A stretch of 64,000 bases of DNA from a virus (lineage: Duplodnaviria; Caudoviricetes). The notes beneath the pieces were generated by a model. The model ran no database searches. It was not told the DNA's origin and saw only the letters and a program-made list of their open reading frames with translations. Shown in pieces: positions 25,111 to 36,000 of this stretch. The stretch is taken from IMG/VR virus record IMGVR_UViG_3300011335_000487, positions 1,701-65,700 of that record; one strand, given 5' to 3'. Position 1 is the first letter of the stretch. Each line of letters begins with the position of its first letter. A program made the position numbers and the translations under genes.

Positions 25111-27018
25111 ATGCCGTTACAAAAACTAACTTTTAGACCGGGTGTAAACCGCGAAGGAACCAACTATGCCAACGAATCGGGCTGGTACGACTGCGACAAT
25201 ATTCGTTTTCGTTCAGGATTCCCCGAAAAGATTGGTGGCTGGATTCGTTTAACAGCAAACACGTTTCAAGGCGTTTGTCGTTCTTTATGGAACTGGGTCA
25301 CCTTGGGCGGCGCTAATCTGCTTGGCGTTGGCACACACTTAAAGTATTACATTGAAGTTGGTGGCGTTTATAACGACATTACGCCTATTCGCAAAACCAC
25401 AACTGGCACAGCTACCTTTGCAGCAACAAACGGTTCAGCGGTATTAACAGTGACTGATGCTGCTCATGGTTGTATTGTGGGCGATTTTGTAACCTACACG
25501 CTTGCCGTGTCTTTGGGCGGTGCGATTACTGCTACGGTACTAAATCAAGAGTACCAAATTGTCTCTGTACCCACAGCAAACACTTACACAATCAACGTCA
25601 CGACCTTAGCCAACGCAAGCGATACAGGCAACGGCGGCGCATTAACGGTAGCAAATTATCAAATTAATATTGGCGCACCAATTGCTATTCCTGTTGTTGG
25701 GTGGGGCGCTGGCGGCTGGGGTCTAGGTACTTGGGGTATTGGTACTTCATCAAATACTGAGTTGCGTATTTGGTCTAACGATAATTACGGTCAAGATTTA
25801 GTTATAGCACCAAGAAACGGTGAGGTTTATTACTGGGAAGCTAGTAATGGTGTTACGGTCAGGGCAAAGTTTTTGTCTGCCTTATCTACGGCTGCGGGTT
25901 ATGCTGGCGATTATGTACCCAATCAAACTCTTGAGGTTTCAGCGTCTTCTATTCAACGTTTTGTTATTTGCTTTGGTGCAAATCCGTATTTTGCGGGAGA
26001 CCCTAATACTGTCTTTAATCCGATGTTGGTGCGTTGGTCAGATCAAAATAATCCATATGAATGGGTTCCAGCAATTACCAATCAATCTGGTGAGTTTCCT
26101 TTATCAGTCGGCTCAACCATTATTACAAGTATTAATACGCGCCAAGAGATTTTAATCTGGACTGATTCTGCTTTATATTCAATGCAGTATCTAGGACCTC
26201 CGTATGTTTGGAAGTTTGAAATTTTAATGGATAATATATCCATTGCTTCGCCTAATGCCGCAATTACAGTTAATAACATTACTTACTGGATGGGCGTTGA
26301 CAAGTTTTATCAATATTCTGGGCGCGTTGATACTTTGCCCTGTTCGTTGCGTCAATACGTTTTTAACGATATTAATATTGAACAAGCGTTTCAAATATTT
26401 TGTGGCAGCAACGAAGGTTATAACGAGGTCTGGTGGTTCTATTGCTCAACAGATTCAACGGCTATAGACAAGTACGTCATCTATAACTACCTTGATAAGG
26501 TCTGGTACTACGGCTCAATGTCTAGAACCGCGTGGCTAGATTCAAGTATTCGTCAGTATCCAATGGCAACCAACTACGATGCCAGTGTTGTAACGGGCAG
26601 AACGCTGTACCACGAAGCCAGCGTAGATGATGTTGCCGGTACGACGCCTGTGGCAATTGATGCGTTTATTCAGTCATCAGACTTTGATATTGGGGATGGT
26701 CATAACTTTGGGTTTGTGTGGCGCATCCTGCCGGACATTAACTTTAACGGTTCAAATGTGGATCAACCTTACGTCACCATGACCGTCAAACCCCGTCAAA
26801 ACTCTGGCGCGGCTTATAGCGCATCAAACAGTCCTGAAGTGCAAAGCGCAGACAATTACGCAGTGAGTCGGTCATACAACATTCAGCTTTTTGACGGGCA
26901 GGTCTATACAAGAATTCGTGGCAGGCAAATGGCGTTTCGTATTGAGTCCAATGAACTGGGCGTGGCATGGCAGCTAGGCGCACCAAGAATTGACATCAGA
27001 AATGACGGCAGGAGGTAG
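25111..27018 (+). CDS. Tail stabilization / tail tubular B-like protein
   Basis: MPLQKLTFRPGVNRE...RFRSGFPEKIGGW start, VRWSDQ, WQLGAPRIDI end. Confidence 0.8.
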   Translation: MPLQKLTFRPGVNREGTNYANESGWYDCDNIRFRSGFPEKIGGWIRLTANTFQGVCRSLWNWVTLGGANLLGVGTHLKYYIEVGGVYNDITPIRKTTTGTATFAATNGSAVLTVTDAAHGCIVGDFVTYTLAVSLGGAITATVLNQEYQIVSVPTANTYTINVTTLANASDTGNGGALTVANYQINIGAPIAIPVVGWGAGGWGLGTWGIGTSSNTELRIWSNDNYGQDLVIAPRNGEVYYWEASNGVTVRAKFLSALSTAAGYAGDYVPNQTLEVSASSIQRFVICFGANPYFAGDPNTVFNPMLVRWSDQNNPYEWVPAITNQSGEFPLSVGSTIITSINTRQEILIWTDSALYSMQYLGPPYVWKFEILMDNISIASPNAAITVNNITYWMGVDKFYQYSGRVDTLPCSLRQYVFNDINIEQAFQIFCGSNEGYNEVWWFYCSTDSTAIDKYVIYNYLDKVWYYGSMSRTAWLDSSIRQYPMATNYDASVVTGRTLYHEASVDDVAGTTPVAIDAFIQSSDFDIGDGHNFGFVWRILPDINFNGSNVDQPYVTMTVKPRQNSGAAYSASNSPEVQSADNYAVSRSYNIQLFDGQVYTRIRGRQMAFRIESNELGVAWQLGAPRIDIRNDGRR

Positions 27019-27020
27019 GT

Positions 27021-27329
27021 ATGTCTACTGGCACAACTAAAGCTCCAAACTTACCTATTGCACCGTTTGAATATGATCAACGGTTTATGGACATGTTTGC
27101 TAACACTTTGCGGTTATATTTTGCGCAAGTAGATAATGCAGGACCTTCCGTAATGTCCACACAGCGTAATGGAACAGAAGTTATTTCAGCGCTTAATTTT
27201 AGTGCTTTAAATACAGCAACAAATACTTACACTTTAAGCCTACCTACTCAAACAGAATTTGCACAGCTTCGTGCAGGAGACGTGTATGTTGACACGGCTG
27301 CAGGGTACGTCTTAAAGGTAAAGCCGTGA
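27021..27329 (+). CDS. Conserved hypothetical tail protein
   Basis: APNLPIAPFEYDQ...LRLYF motif. Confidence 0.7.
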   Translation: MSTGTTKAPNLPIAPFEYDQRFMDMFANTLRLYFAQVDNAGPSVMSTQRNGTEVISALNFSALNTATNTYTLSLPTQTEFAQLRAGDVYVDTAAGYVLKVKP

Positions 27330-27357
27330 TAACATTTAACAAATTTATGAGGCACCT

Positions 27358-29583
27358 ATGAGCCTGCACCAGTTAGCCCAACAAATTCAAGCCAGTGGTC
27401 GAGGCAACGATACCCAATTGGTGCACATGGCACCCGCTGAAGTGCGCGCGATGCGCAAGCTAGCTCAACAGCACGGCGGCGACTTGTCGATTAACCCGCG
27501 TACAGGGTTGCCCGAGGCTGGGTTCCTTGAGAGTATCTTACCCACAGTTGTTGGTGCAGGTGTTGGCATTATGACGGGTAACCCCATGATCGGCGCGGCA
27601 GCCGGTGGCGCGATGGGTATGGCGATGAACAAGGGCAGTATTCAGAGTGGCTTGGTAGCGGGTCTGGGTGCTTACGGTATGGGCTCGTTGGGTGCGGGGC
27701 TGATGGCTACTGGTGCAAGTACGTTGAGTGCTGAAGCTGCTACTGCTGCTGGTGCTGAAACTGCTGCCGCTGCAAATTCGTTGTATAGCCCTGCTGAAAT
27801 TGCTTCGATGCAAGCCGCTGGTATGACCCCCGCGCAAATTACGGCGTCTGCTGCGGACTACGCAGGTGGTGCTTCGGGCGTTGGTACTCCAGCAATGCCA
27901 TTTAGCCAAGCTACCCAAGCTGTAGTTGATAAGAGCATGAACCCGAGTACGTTTGACCAGTTACAAGCGGGCTACAAGGGCACAAAGTTTGACATGGACT
28001 TTCTTAAAAAGAACATGTTTCCTATCGGCATGGCCGCAGCGCCTCTGTTGTTGAACGCATCTTCATTGTCTGGGCAGAACCAGCAAGCTGAAGCTAATAA
28101 GGGAATGATCCGCCCCCATACGTTTAGCCAGACACAGAACCCACGTTACGGCGAACCGGGGCAAGCACAGCTTATTCAACAGTACACAGCACAAACACCT
28201 ATTGCGGCGTCTGATTACGGTTCGCGCACAATGATGGCCAACGGCGGTCTGGCAAGTATCCGTATGGCTGAGGGCGGTAATCCTACTGACCCACGTTTTA
28301 CTGAACCGGGGATTACTGACGCGGACCGCTATCGTTATTTAGCATCACAAACTGCGCCTCCTCCAGCGTACGCTAGCATGCCGCTAGCCCCTCAAGCGCA
28401 ACAACCAATGTACCCCGCGTACACACCACCACCTATCATTCAGCCTACCCAAGCGCCTATTCAACAACGCTACGCGGCTCCTACGCGCGACGTTAACCCG
28501 TCAGTAGTGCAGTACAACCAGATGTTGATGGATCGCGCAACCAGCGAGTATGTTAATGGGCAACCTATTGGCGGTACGTACAACCCTGCAAATATGGGGT
28601 CGGGCGTTGGCTATCATGGGGTTGATTACAGTAAGTTGATTAACCCTGTTACCGGCGTCAAGCCCGGTACTCCTGCGTCTGCGGCTGCTGCTGCTGCTAA
28701 AAATCCTAACAACCCCAACAACCCCAACAACCCCAACAACCCCAACAACCCCAACAACCCCAATAATGGTGCAGGACACTATCCCGGCCCTGCTCCCGGG
28801 GGTGGCGGAGAAGAAGGTCCTGCTCCCGGCGTAATTGGCCAAGATACTGTTGACGACAGCGAAGACGACAGCGAGTCAGAGTCAGAGTCAGAGTCAGAGT
28901 CAGAGTCAGAGTCAGAGTCAGATTCAGATTCAGATTCAGATTCAGATTCAGATTCAGATTCAGATTCAGATTCAAGCGATTCTTCTGATTCAAGTGATTC
29001 TGAAGGTGTAGCTTCTGACGGTGAAGGTGAAGGTGAAGGTGAAGGTGAAGGGGGCAGTGGTAGTGATGGTGGTGATGGGGGCGGCGGCGGTGACGGAGAT
29101 AAACGTGGCGGTTTAATCCATAGACGGTACGCCCTTGGCGGAAATATCCACGACCTTATGCAACGCTACGCAATGGGTGGGGGCATTGGTAATTACTACG
29201 CATCTCCCGATGATGGCAACCGTAACTTTGGCGGCATTGGTGCTTTAAACCAAGGTCCACAATACCCAATGCAAGGTATTGGCTACGCTATGGGTGGGCA
29301 GTTAGGCGGTTACTCTGATGGTGGTCAACTATTAAGGGGACCCGGCGATGGTGTCAGCGATGATATTCCTGCTCAAATTGGTGAGCGTCAGCCTGCTCGT
29401 CTTGCTGATGGTGAGTTTGTCATTCCTGCTCGGATTGTTTCTGAACTGGGAAATGGGTCTACAGATGCCGGTGCTAAAAGACTGTATGCCATGATGGAAC
29501 GTATACAAGCAAATCGAAGCAAGACTGTCGGTAAAGATAAAGTAGCGGTTGACTCAAAGGCAAGAAAGCATTTACCGGCATGA
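27358..29583 (+). CDS. Putative internal virion/ejection protein with low-complexity insert
   Basis: LSINPRTGLPEA and GPGDGVSDDIPA...RLADGEFVIPA motifs; NP/SE/SD/GE repeats. Confidence 0.75.
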   Translation: MSLHQLAQQIQASGRGNDTQLVHMAPAEVRAMRKLAQQHGGDLSINPRTGLPEAGFLESILPTVVGAGVGIMTGNPMIGAAAGGAMGMAMNKGSIQSGLVAGLGAYGMGSLGAGLMATGASTLSAEAATAAGAETAAAANSLYSPAEIASMQAAGMTPAQITASAADYAGGASGVGTPAMPFSQATQAVVDKSMNPSTFDQLQAGYKGTKFDMDFLKKNMFPIGMAAAPLLLNASSLSGQNQQAEANKGMIRPHTFSQTQNPRYGEPGQAQLIQQYTAQTPIAASDYGSRTMMANGGLASIRMAEGGNPTDPRFTEPGITDADRYRYLASQTAPPPAYASMPLAPQAQQPMYPAYTPPPIIQPTQAPIQQRYAAPTRDVNPSVVQYNQMLMDRATSEYVNGQPIGGTYNPANMGSGVGYHGVDYSKLINPVTGVKPGTPASAAAAAAKNPNNPNNPNNPNNPNNPNNPNNGAGHYPGPAPGGGGEEGPAPGVIGQDTVDDSEDDSESESESESESESESESDSDSDSDSDSDSDSDSDSSDSSDSSDSEGVASDGEGEGEGEGEGGSGSDGGDGGGGGDGDKRGGLIHRRYALGGNIHDLMQRYAMGGGIGNYYASPDDGNRNFGGIGALNQGPQYPMQGIGYAMGGQLGGYSDGGQLLRGPGDGVSDDIPAQIGERQPARLADGEFVIPARIVSELGNGSTDAGAKRLYAMMERIQANRSKTVGKDKVAVDSKARKHLPA
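28708..28761 (+). repeat. (AACAACCCC)x6 in-frame tandem repeat (NNP)
   Basis: Counted directly. Confidence 0.95.
28873..28974 (+). repeat. (GAGTCA)x8 then (GATTCA)x9 in-frame microsatellite (ES/DS)
   Basis: Counted directly. Confidence 0.95.
29020..29049 (+). repeat. (GGTGAA)x5 in-frame repeat (GE)
   Basis: Counted directly. Confidence 0.9.
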
Positions 29584-29993
29584 ACATACAGCATGTGCCA
29601 GTTGAGTTTGTAAATCAAGTGTGGCCTAAAATAGAGGGCTTCCTCGATGCGGCAATTAAACAGCAAGATGGTGAGCACGACTACACGCTAGACCAAGTAC
29701 GCACTCTTGTTACAACAGGGCAGTGGTTGTTGGTAGTTGCTTCAACAGAAGACGAAGGGCTGAAAGGCGCTGCAACGGTTAGTTTTTCTAATCGCCCAAG
29801 TCATCGTGTTGCTTTTATTACGTACATTGGTGGTCGTTTAGTTACAAACCCCGGCACATTTAAGCAGTTGTGCGCAATACTTAAAAGCTATGGGGCTACG
29901 AGCATAGAAGGCGCGGTTAATAAGTCTGTGGCTAGGCTGTGGCGGCGTTATGGATTTATTGAAAAATATTCGATAGTCGGGGTAACTATATGA
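29580..29993 (+). CDS. GNAT-like internal virion protein (putative)
   Basis: WPKIEGFL...YTLDQVRTLV...VAFITYIGG...ARLWRRYGF; position typical of podoviral internal-protein modules. Confidence 0.6.
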   Translation: MNIQHVPVEFVNQVWPKIEGFLDAAIKQQDGEHDYTLDQVRTLVTTGQWLLVVASTEDEGLKGAATVSFSNRPSHRVAFITYIGGRLVTNPGTFKQLCAILKSYGATSIEGAVNKSVARLWRRYGFIEKYSIVGVTI

Positions 29994-31093
29994 AGTACAA
30001 CCATTTTGATATGTTGCCAGATCGGGCTTTCTTAAAAGTCGGGGGCAAAATTATGCCTCAAGGCGGCGGTTCTTCTGCGCCTACGAGCTCGACAGTTACG
30101 CAAACCAATATCCCTGAGTACGCGCAGCCCTACGTAGAAAACGCACTGGGGCAAGCTGCAGCGCTGACGGACATTGGCCAGAACCCCTATCAGCCGTACC
30201 AAGGGCAGCGCGTAGCTGGGTTTGACCCCATGCAAGCGCAAGCTATGCAAAACGTTGCTGGGCAACAAGTTGCCCCACAGTTAAACGATGCGTCAAACAT
30301 GGCGTACATGACTGGGCAGTACGGGCTAGGCACGCAGGGTGCAGCCGCGCAGTTACAGAATCAAGCTCTTGGGTATGGCGCGCAGGCTGCCGGTGCTGGG
30401 CAACAGTACGCGATGAACTCTACCAACCCGGGCGTGACTCAGGCGTACATGAACCCGTACCTGCAGAACACGTTGCAGCCAGCCTTGCAAGAGATCAACC
30501 GCCAGTACGACATTACCGGTGCTAAAGAGATGGGGGACGCAACGCGCTCGGGTGCGTTCGGGGGTAGTCGTGAAGCCCTGATGGCTGCTGAAAATCAGCG
30601 TGCCAAGAACTCGGCAATGAATCAACTCATTGGCCAAGGGTACAGTACTGCCTACGATAAAGCCATGCAGAATCAACAGTTTGGCGCTAACCTTGGGCTT
30701 CAGGGTTTACAAACTGCGGGTCAAGGCGTTGGTCAAGCTACAAACGCCGGACAGTATGGGCTACAAGGACTTAACACAGCGGGTCAAGCGGCTAGTACAT
30801 TAGGCGCGTTGGGGCAGACTCAGTTCGGGCAACAGCAAGCCGCCAACCAAGCCATGATGCAGGCGGGCAACCAACAGCAGCAGAACCGCCAGCAAGGGTT
30901 AGACGTCGCATATCAAGACTATCAGTCGCAGCTTAACTACCCATACCGCCAGCTTGGCTTTATGTCTGACTTGATGCGCGGGCTACCGCTTACTCAGCAG
31001 TCGCAGTCAGTCTATCAAGCGGCACCCCCTGTGTCTCAGCAGTTAATGGGTATGGGTCTGGGCGCTGCAGGTCTCTCAAAAGCTTTTAGTTAG
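29990..31093 (+). CDS. Putative DNA ejection protein
   Basis: TNIPEYAQPYV, GAFGGSR and Q/G/A-rich helical composition. Confidence 0.7.
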   Translation: MKYNHFDMLPDRAFLKVGGKIMPQGGGSSAPTSSTVTQTNIPEYAQPYVENALGQAAALTDIGQNPYQPYQGQRVAGFDPMQAQAMQNVAGQQVAPQLNDASNMAYMTGQYGLGTQGAAAQLQNQALGYGAQAAGAGQQYAMNSTNPGVTQAYMNPYLQNTLQPALQEINRQYDITGAKEMGDATRSGAFGGSREALMAAENQRAKNSAMNQLIGQGYSTAYDKAMQNQQFGANLGLQGLQTAGQGVGQATNAGQYGLQGLNTAGQAASTLGALGQTQFGQQQAANQAMMQAGNQQQQNRQQGLDVAYQDYQSQLNYPYRQLGFMSDLMRGLPLTQQSQSVYQAAPPVSQQLMGMGLGAAGLSKAFS

Positions 31094-31102
31094 GGAATAA
31101 TT

Positions 31103-33037
31103 ATGAATCCAGCAATGGCCGGTCTTGGTGCACTGACAAAACAAAGCGGACAGCCTACGGGCAGGTCACCGGAGAGCATGTCGCAGACTATGGCGTTGGC
31201 CAAGCAGATGTCTGATATGCAGCTTGCCGACGTGCTGGCTGGTAAAAGCATGAACATCCCGCAGTACGTAGCGATGACTGAGGCTATGGGGCGCAAGCAG
31301 TTGCGCACAGCCATGCAGGGTATGACGGCTATGACTTCTGCTAAACAACCCACTGAGCGTGAGAAGTTGTTGTCGGAGATGATGCCCCGTCAGGCGGCAC
31401 CGTCAATCATGAACGCTCCTCCTCAAGGCGCAGGGCTCGATCAGTTACCCGCAGATAACATGCAGGGGCTTGGGCACGCTGATGGCGGCATTATTGCGTT
31501 TAAAGATAGAGCTAAAGTTGAAGACCCCGACGCCTACGATGTAGATACGTACCAAACGGATCAAGACATGGGGCGCGCCATGCGCAAACGTGATCAGGGT
31601 TTTCTTGGTTCTGTTGGTGAAGAGCTGGGTGCGTTTGGTCGGTTCATTAAGAACCCACTTTCAAGCAAAGACCCTAAAGCCAACTACATGCGTGAGTTGG
31701 AAGCTCAGGCGCAACGAGACGAAGAAAGTCAATTCCGTGCTGGTACATCCGCACCAGTCGGGGGTCGCCCTAACAACGTGCCGTTGGGTATTTCTCCTGA
31801 CATGTTAGAACGAGTTAAAGGACAAAAAGAACAAGTGCAAGAACAAGCGCGCGTTGGAGCGCCGCCAATTAAGTATGCCCGAACAGATTCACTTATTCCC
31901 GCATTAACGGGTGTGGCTAGTAGTGTAAAAGATGCGGTGATGGCTACTCCTTTAGGTAGAACAGCCGTAGATAAAGCTTCTGATATTAGCAATATTGCTG
32001 ACAGAACTGCGTTGCGGGTTAGGCTAGCAGAGCAATATGGTCCTATGGCTTTAGGTACAGCATCGGGGTCTAATGCAGATCAAGCAATCGCTAGACAAAT
32101 TTTAAATCGTTTGCCTAATATGAGCATGGAAGAATTAACTGCTTTAGCCGAGCAAAAAGGTCTGCCTGCTTCGCAAGTTGCAGTACCTTCAGAAAAACTG
32201 CCCGTTGCAGGCGGAAATCTTGGTCAATTTCAAGCCGCAGATAGAGAAGCATTGACTGCCCCCGGAGTAGCACCGCCAAACTCACCCGCAGCAGCACCAA
32301 AACCAGATGCAGGGCCAAGTACAGGTAGCGGACCGGGTGCAGGTGGCGGTGGGGGTGGCACTGGCGGTGGTGGACCCAGCGGTGGTGGGTACGGCGTTGG
32401 TTTGCCCGGCACGGCTTTGTCAAAATTTGCTACAGAACAAGCTGAGCTCTTACGCCCTAAAGAACGCAATAAGGATTACTACGCGGCGCTTGAAGCTGAC
32501 AGCGCAAACAATGCTAAACAGATTGAAAGCGGTAAGAGTCAAGCACAAGGCGAGTTCTTGATGAACATTGGCGCAGCGCTTATGTCTACACCCAACATTG
32601 GTATTGCCCTGAGTAAAGGCGTTCAGGCGGGATTGCCGGGACTTGCTGCTAGCCGTAAAGAGATCAATGCGCTTACTAAAGATCAACGTGACTATAAGTT
32701 CAACATTGCCAAGGCTAAAGAAGCTCGTGATCAGGGCGATGAGATGTTGGCGTTGAACTACCTGAAGCTTGCAGAAGAAAGCACGTACCACGCCGGTATG
32801 GTTGGTGCATACATGGCTCGCGCGAGTGCTGATAAACCGTGGGGACGAACAAATATTACCGCGCAACAAGGTATAAAAGATTGGAAAGACCTTCGCCCAA
32901 GCGAAAGACAAGAACTTCAACAACAAGGTATTACCCCCTATAATTTCTTTGAGTACGTAAACAGTAGGGGTACTTGGGTGCCTACAGTTTCGGCACCGCC
33001 CGACAAAGCACAAGTACTACAATTGCCTAAACTTTAA
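31103..33037 (+). CDS. Putative DNA ejection protein
   Basis: IPQYVAMTE, HADGGIIAF, GLPGLAAS; Gly/Pro linker. Confidence 0.7.
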   Translation: MNPAMAGLGALTKQSGQPTGRSPESMSQTMALAKQMSDMQLADVLAGKSMNIPQYVAMTEAMGRKQLRTAMQGMTAMTSAKQPTEREKLLSEMMPRQAAPSIMNAPPQGAGLDQLPADNMQGLGHADGGIIAFKDRAKVEDPDAYDVDTYQTDQDMGRAMRKRDQGFLGSVGEELGAFGRFIKNPLSSKDPKANYMRELEAQAQRDEESQFRAGTSAPVGGRPNNVPLGISPDMLERVKGQKEQVQEQARVGAPPIKYARTDSLIPALTGVASSVKDAVMATPLGRTAVDKASDISNIADRTALRVRLAEQYGPMALGTASGSNADQAIARQILNRLPNMSMEELTALAEQKGLPASQVAVPSEKLPVAGGNLGQFQAADREALTAPGVAPPNSPAAAPKPDAGPSTGSGPGAGGGGGGTGGGGPSGGGYGVGLPGTALSKFATEQAELLRPKERNKDYYAALEADSANNAKQIESGKSQAQGEFLMNIGAALMSTPNIGIALSKGVQAGLPGLAASRKEINALTKDQRDYKFNIAKAKEARDQGDEMLALNYLKLAEESTYHAGMVGAYMARASADKPWGRTNITAQQGIKDWKDLRPSERQELQQQGITPYNFFEYVNSRGTWVPTVSAPPDKAQVLQLPKL

Positions 33038-33055
33038 TATTTTTGAGTCTTAAAT

Positions 33056-36000
33056 ATGGCATACGTAAAGCTACCAAACGGTTCGTACTTGGAAGTGCCC
33101 AAAGGCATGCAGCCTATTCAGGCTTTGCAAGAAGCGCGTTCAGCTTTCCCCCGCGCATTTATGTCAGAGGAAGAACTGTCGTCGAAACAAGGGTTTGTAC
33201 CTGCAGCAGGGCAAGCGTTTGGTGAGTTTAAGACAAAGTCGTTGGTGGGTCTGGGCGAACTTACAGGCAACGCAACACTTCAAAAAATGGCGCAAGACGC
33301 TAGTGAAGCCGACGAGAAAGCTAAAAAAGAAGGCAAGAACGAATACCTTCCTACCGAAGAAGAAGACATTGAATTAGCCCGTAAAAAAGGGTTGTTGCCA
33401 TTAGCGGGTGCGTACGCTCGCAAATACATTTCAGAACCCCTTGGGGGTATTGCAGGTCGATACGGCGCGCCTATGGCTGCAGGTGCCGGTGCTGCGGGTC
33501 TTGCTGCTCTTGCTGCTCCCGCTTCTGGGGTTACTGCTGCTGGGGCGCTTGGTGCAGGGCTTCTTGCTAAAGGCGTTACGTCTCTTGTGGATGCCCCCGC
33601 TGAGATTGGCGAAAACATTCAACAGCAGATTGATGTTGACGCGCCCATTAACTCTACAAAAGCTATTGCTTATGGTTTGGGGCAAGCAGCGTTAGCGGGT
33701 TTTGGTATTCCGGGCATGGGCAAGTTGGCTGCGCCGGTGCAAAAATTGCTTGGTAAAGAAGCTGCTGTATTAGCTAAAGAAATTGTAGCAAGAACCACTA
33801 CCAAAGAACAAGCTCTTGCGCAATTAAGTGGCACGTTGAAAAACGTTATTACTGGTACAGGCAGCGCCGCCGTGACTGGCGCAGGGCTAATGGTTGGCAC
33901 GCAAGCTATGCGTCGGGCGTCGGCTGATCAAGACATTACAAGCCCTGAAGCGCTTGAAGAATACAAACAAAACTTAATCGGTGCAGCCGAGCTTGCCCCA
34001 TTGTTTGGCGTTATGCACGGCGTACCTAAACGCGGTAAAGACAAGAAGTTAATTGATCAAGCTTCACAAAAACTTGAAGCTATTAAAAATCGAGAAAAGC
34101 GCGCGCGTGAAGATGTTGAAGCCGCAACGCTTGCAGACGAGCAAGCAAGAACTCAAGAAGCAGCAGGGTATAACGAAGCTGTTCAAAAAACTTTTGGTCC
34201 TGCCGAGAACGTTGCAGAGGGTGTGCAAGGGCGCACAGCCGATATGTTTGGCGGCACATACGCTGCCCCTGAAGGTGCGTTACCTCCTCAACGTGCCTTG
34301 GGTGACAACTTGTTGCCTCGCGAACGCGAGCGTGCGGTACAAGAACAGTTTGTTGAGAGTAAGTCACCGCAAGAGGTGATGAGCCAAGAGCGCAACCTCA
34401 AGCAGTACGTAACAGGTCTGCGCGATCAGGTATCTGCCGCTGCGGCTAAAGCTGATATTAAAACGCTAGGCGAGCTGACACCAAAACTGAAAGAAGTCGA
34501 AGCCGCTTACGCCGCTGCTTATAAAGAGTACTCTGCGCTCGATATCCCTGAAGTTAAATTTCAACAGCTTACTGAGCAGATTGCGCGCAAAACAAAAGAA
34601 TTGCAAAAAGCCGGTGATGTGCAAGGTGACTTTGCCAAGATCGAGAAGTTAACCAACGACATTCAAAAATTACAAGCCGAGCTTGAGAAGGTTAAGCCGC
34701 CAGCAGGCCCTGATTTGTTTGCTGTTGAGAAAGAAGTTGTTGCTAAAGGAAAAGCCGAGGCGGCTGAAGCGTTAGCTCAAGGGCAGCAAGACTTTCTTGC
34801 ACAGGTTGGAAAACCGGAAACTCGTATTGATGCGCGTCAACGGCAAACGCTTGAGCGGTACAACGACAACGTACGTCAGTTAGACGAAGCTTATGCGGCC
34901 AACGCGGACAAACGAATTATTGATAAACTCGTTGATTCTGTGCAAGCTGATGCCGCTGAACGTGCGGCAATTATGGCTAAAACTTCTGACGTAGTTAGCG
35001 CAGAAAAAATAGCTGCGCAGCAACAACGTGTTGAGCGGATTACTCGCGCTATTGCAGAAGCAGAAGTCAAGGGTGACACGGCAAGCGTAGCGGGATTACG
35101 CAATCAATTAGCCAAAGCTATTGTTGAGACGGCACGACCTGATGCGCCAACTAAACGTAATCGTGCTCTTGAAGATCAACAAGCCGCCATTGAAGAATTA
35201 CGTTCGCAGGTAGAAGATTTAAAAGCCAAACGCTACTTGGGCGAAGGCGCGCGTGACATGACCACCGCTGCGTCTATGAAAGCGGGGCTTGAGCGCAAAG
35301 CTAACGAAACTATTGGGCGTTACGTTGAGGCAGCCATCCGTGATGTAAACGCGGTGCGTGAGCAAAACAACACAAAAAAATTAACGCAAACTGAAGCCAT
35401 TCGGTTAGCTATGGATGTGCGTGGGCATTTAGAAAACGCGGTACGTAATTTAAATGTAACAGCGTTGCGCATGCCAAAAGAAAGTACGGTAAGCACGCTT
35501 GAAAAACAGCTTGCGCAGATTAAACGTAAACACCACAAAGGTGAATACGCTGGACCTAAACGTGCCGAAGAGTTTGCGCTGCGCCCAGAGTTTGATACGT
35601 TGCGCGCGCGGCAAGAACAAGGTAAAAAAGTTGAAGGCGGCACACCATTTGAAACTGAAGCGCGTAAAACTGAACGCTTAGCGGAAGAAGAGAAAGAACG
35701 CGTAGCTAAAGAACGCATGGCGCACGATGTTGGGCACGTTGCGCAAAATGAATTGTTTAAGCCAAAAGAACTTCAGACTGTTTTTAAAGAGCAAGAACCG
35801 GGTGTTGCCGCTAACGTCCGCGCTACGCCTGAAAACTTTATGCGGCTGTTGCGGTCAGGTACTGTAGCTAACCTACGCGCAAAAATGGTTGCTTTGCGTA
35901 AACCCGCCGAAGCAATTAAAGTAGCAAAAAACAAACCATTTGTTTACGACTCTAGTTTAAAGCGCGTAATTGCGCAGCAAGAACGTTTTGCGCTAGAAGT

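Noticed and set aside
28873-28974. 17 tandem GANTC sites as a methyltransferase or restriction decoy; similarity to staphylococcal Sdr SD-repeats
   Set aside because: Any Asp/Glu codon followed by a TCN Ser codon gives GANTC, and GANTC occurs freely elsewhere. There is no LPXTG or MSCRAMM context, so convergence is the simpler explanation.
28708-29049. CRISPR-like or DGR-like array
   Set aside because: Units are 6-9 nt with no spacers, all in frame in a CDS; no cas genes or reverse transcriptase in the window.
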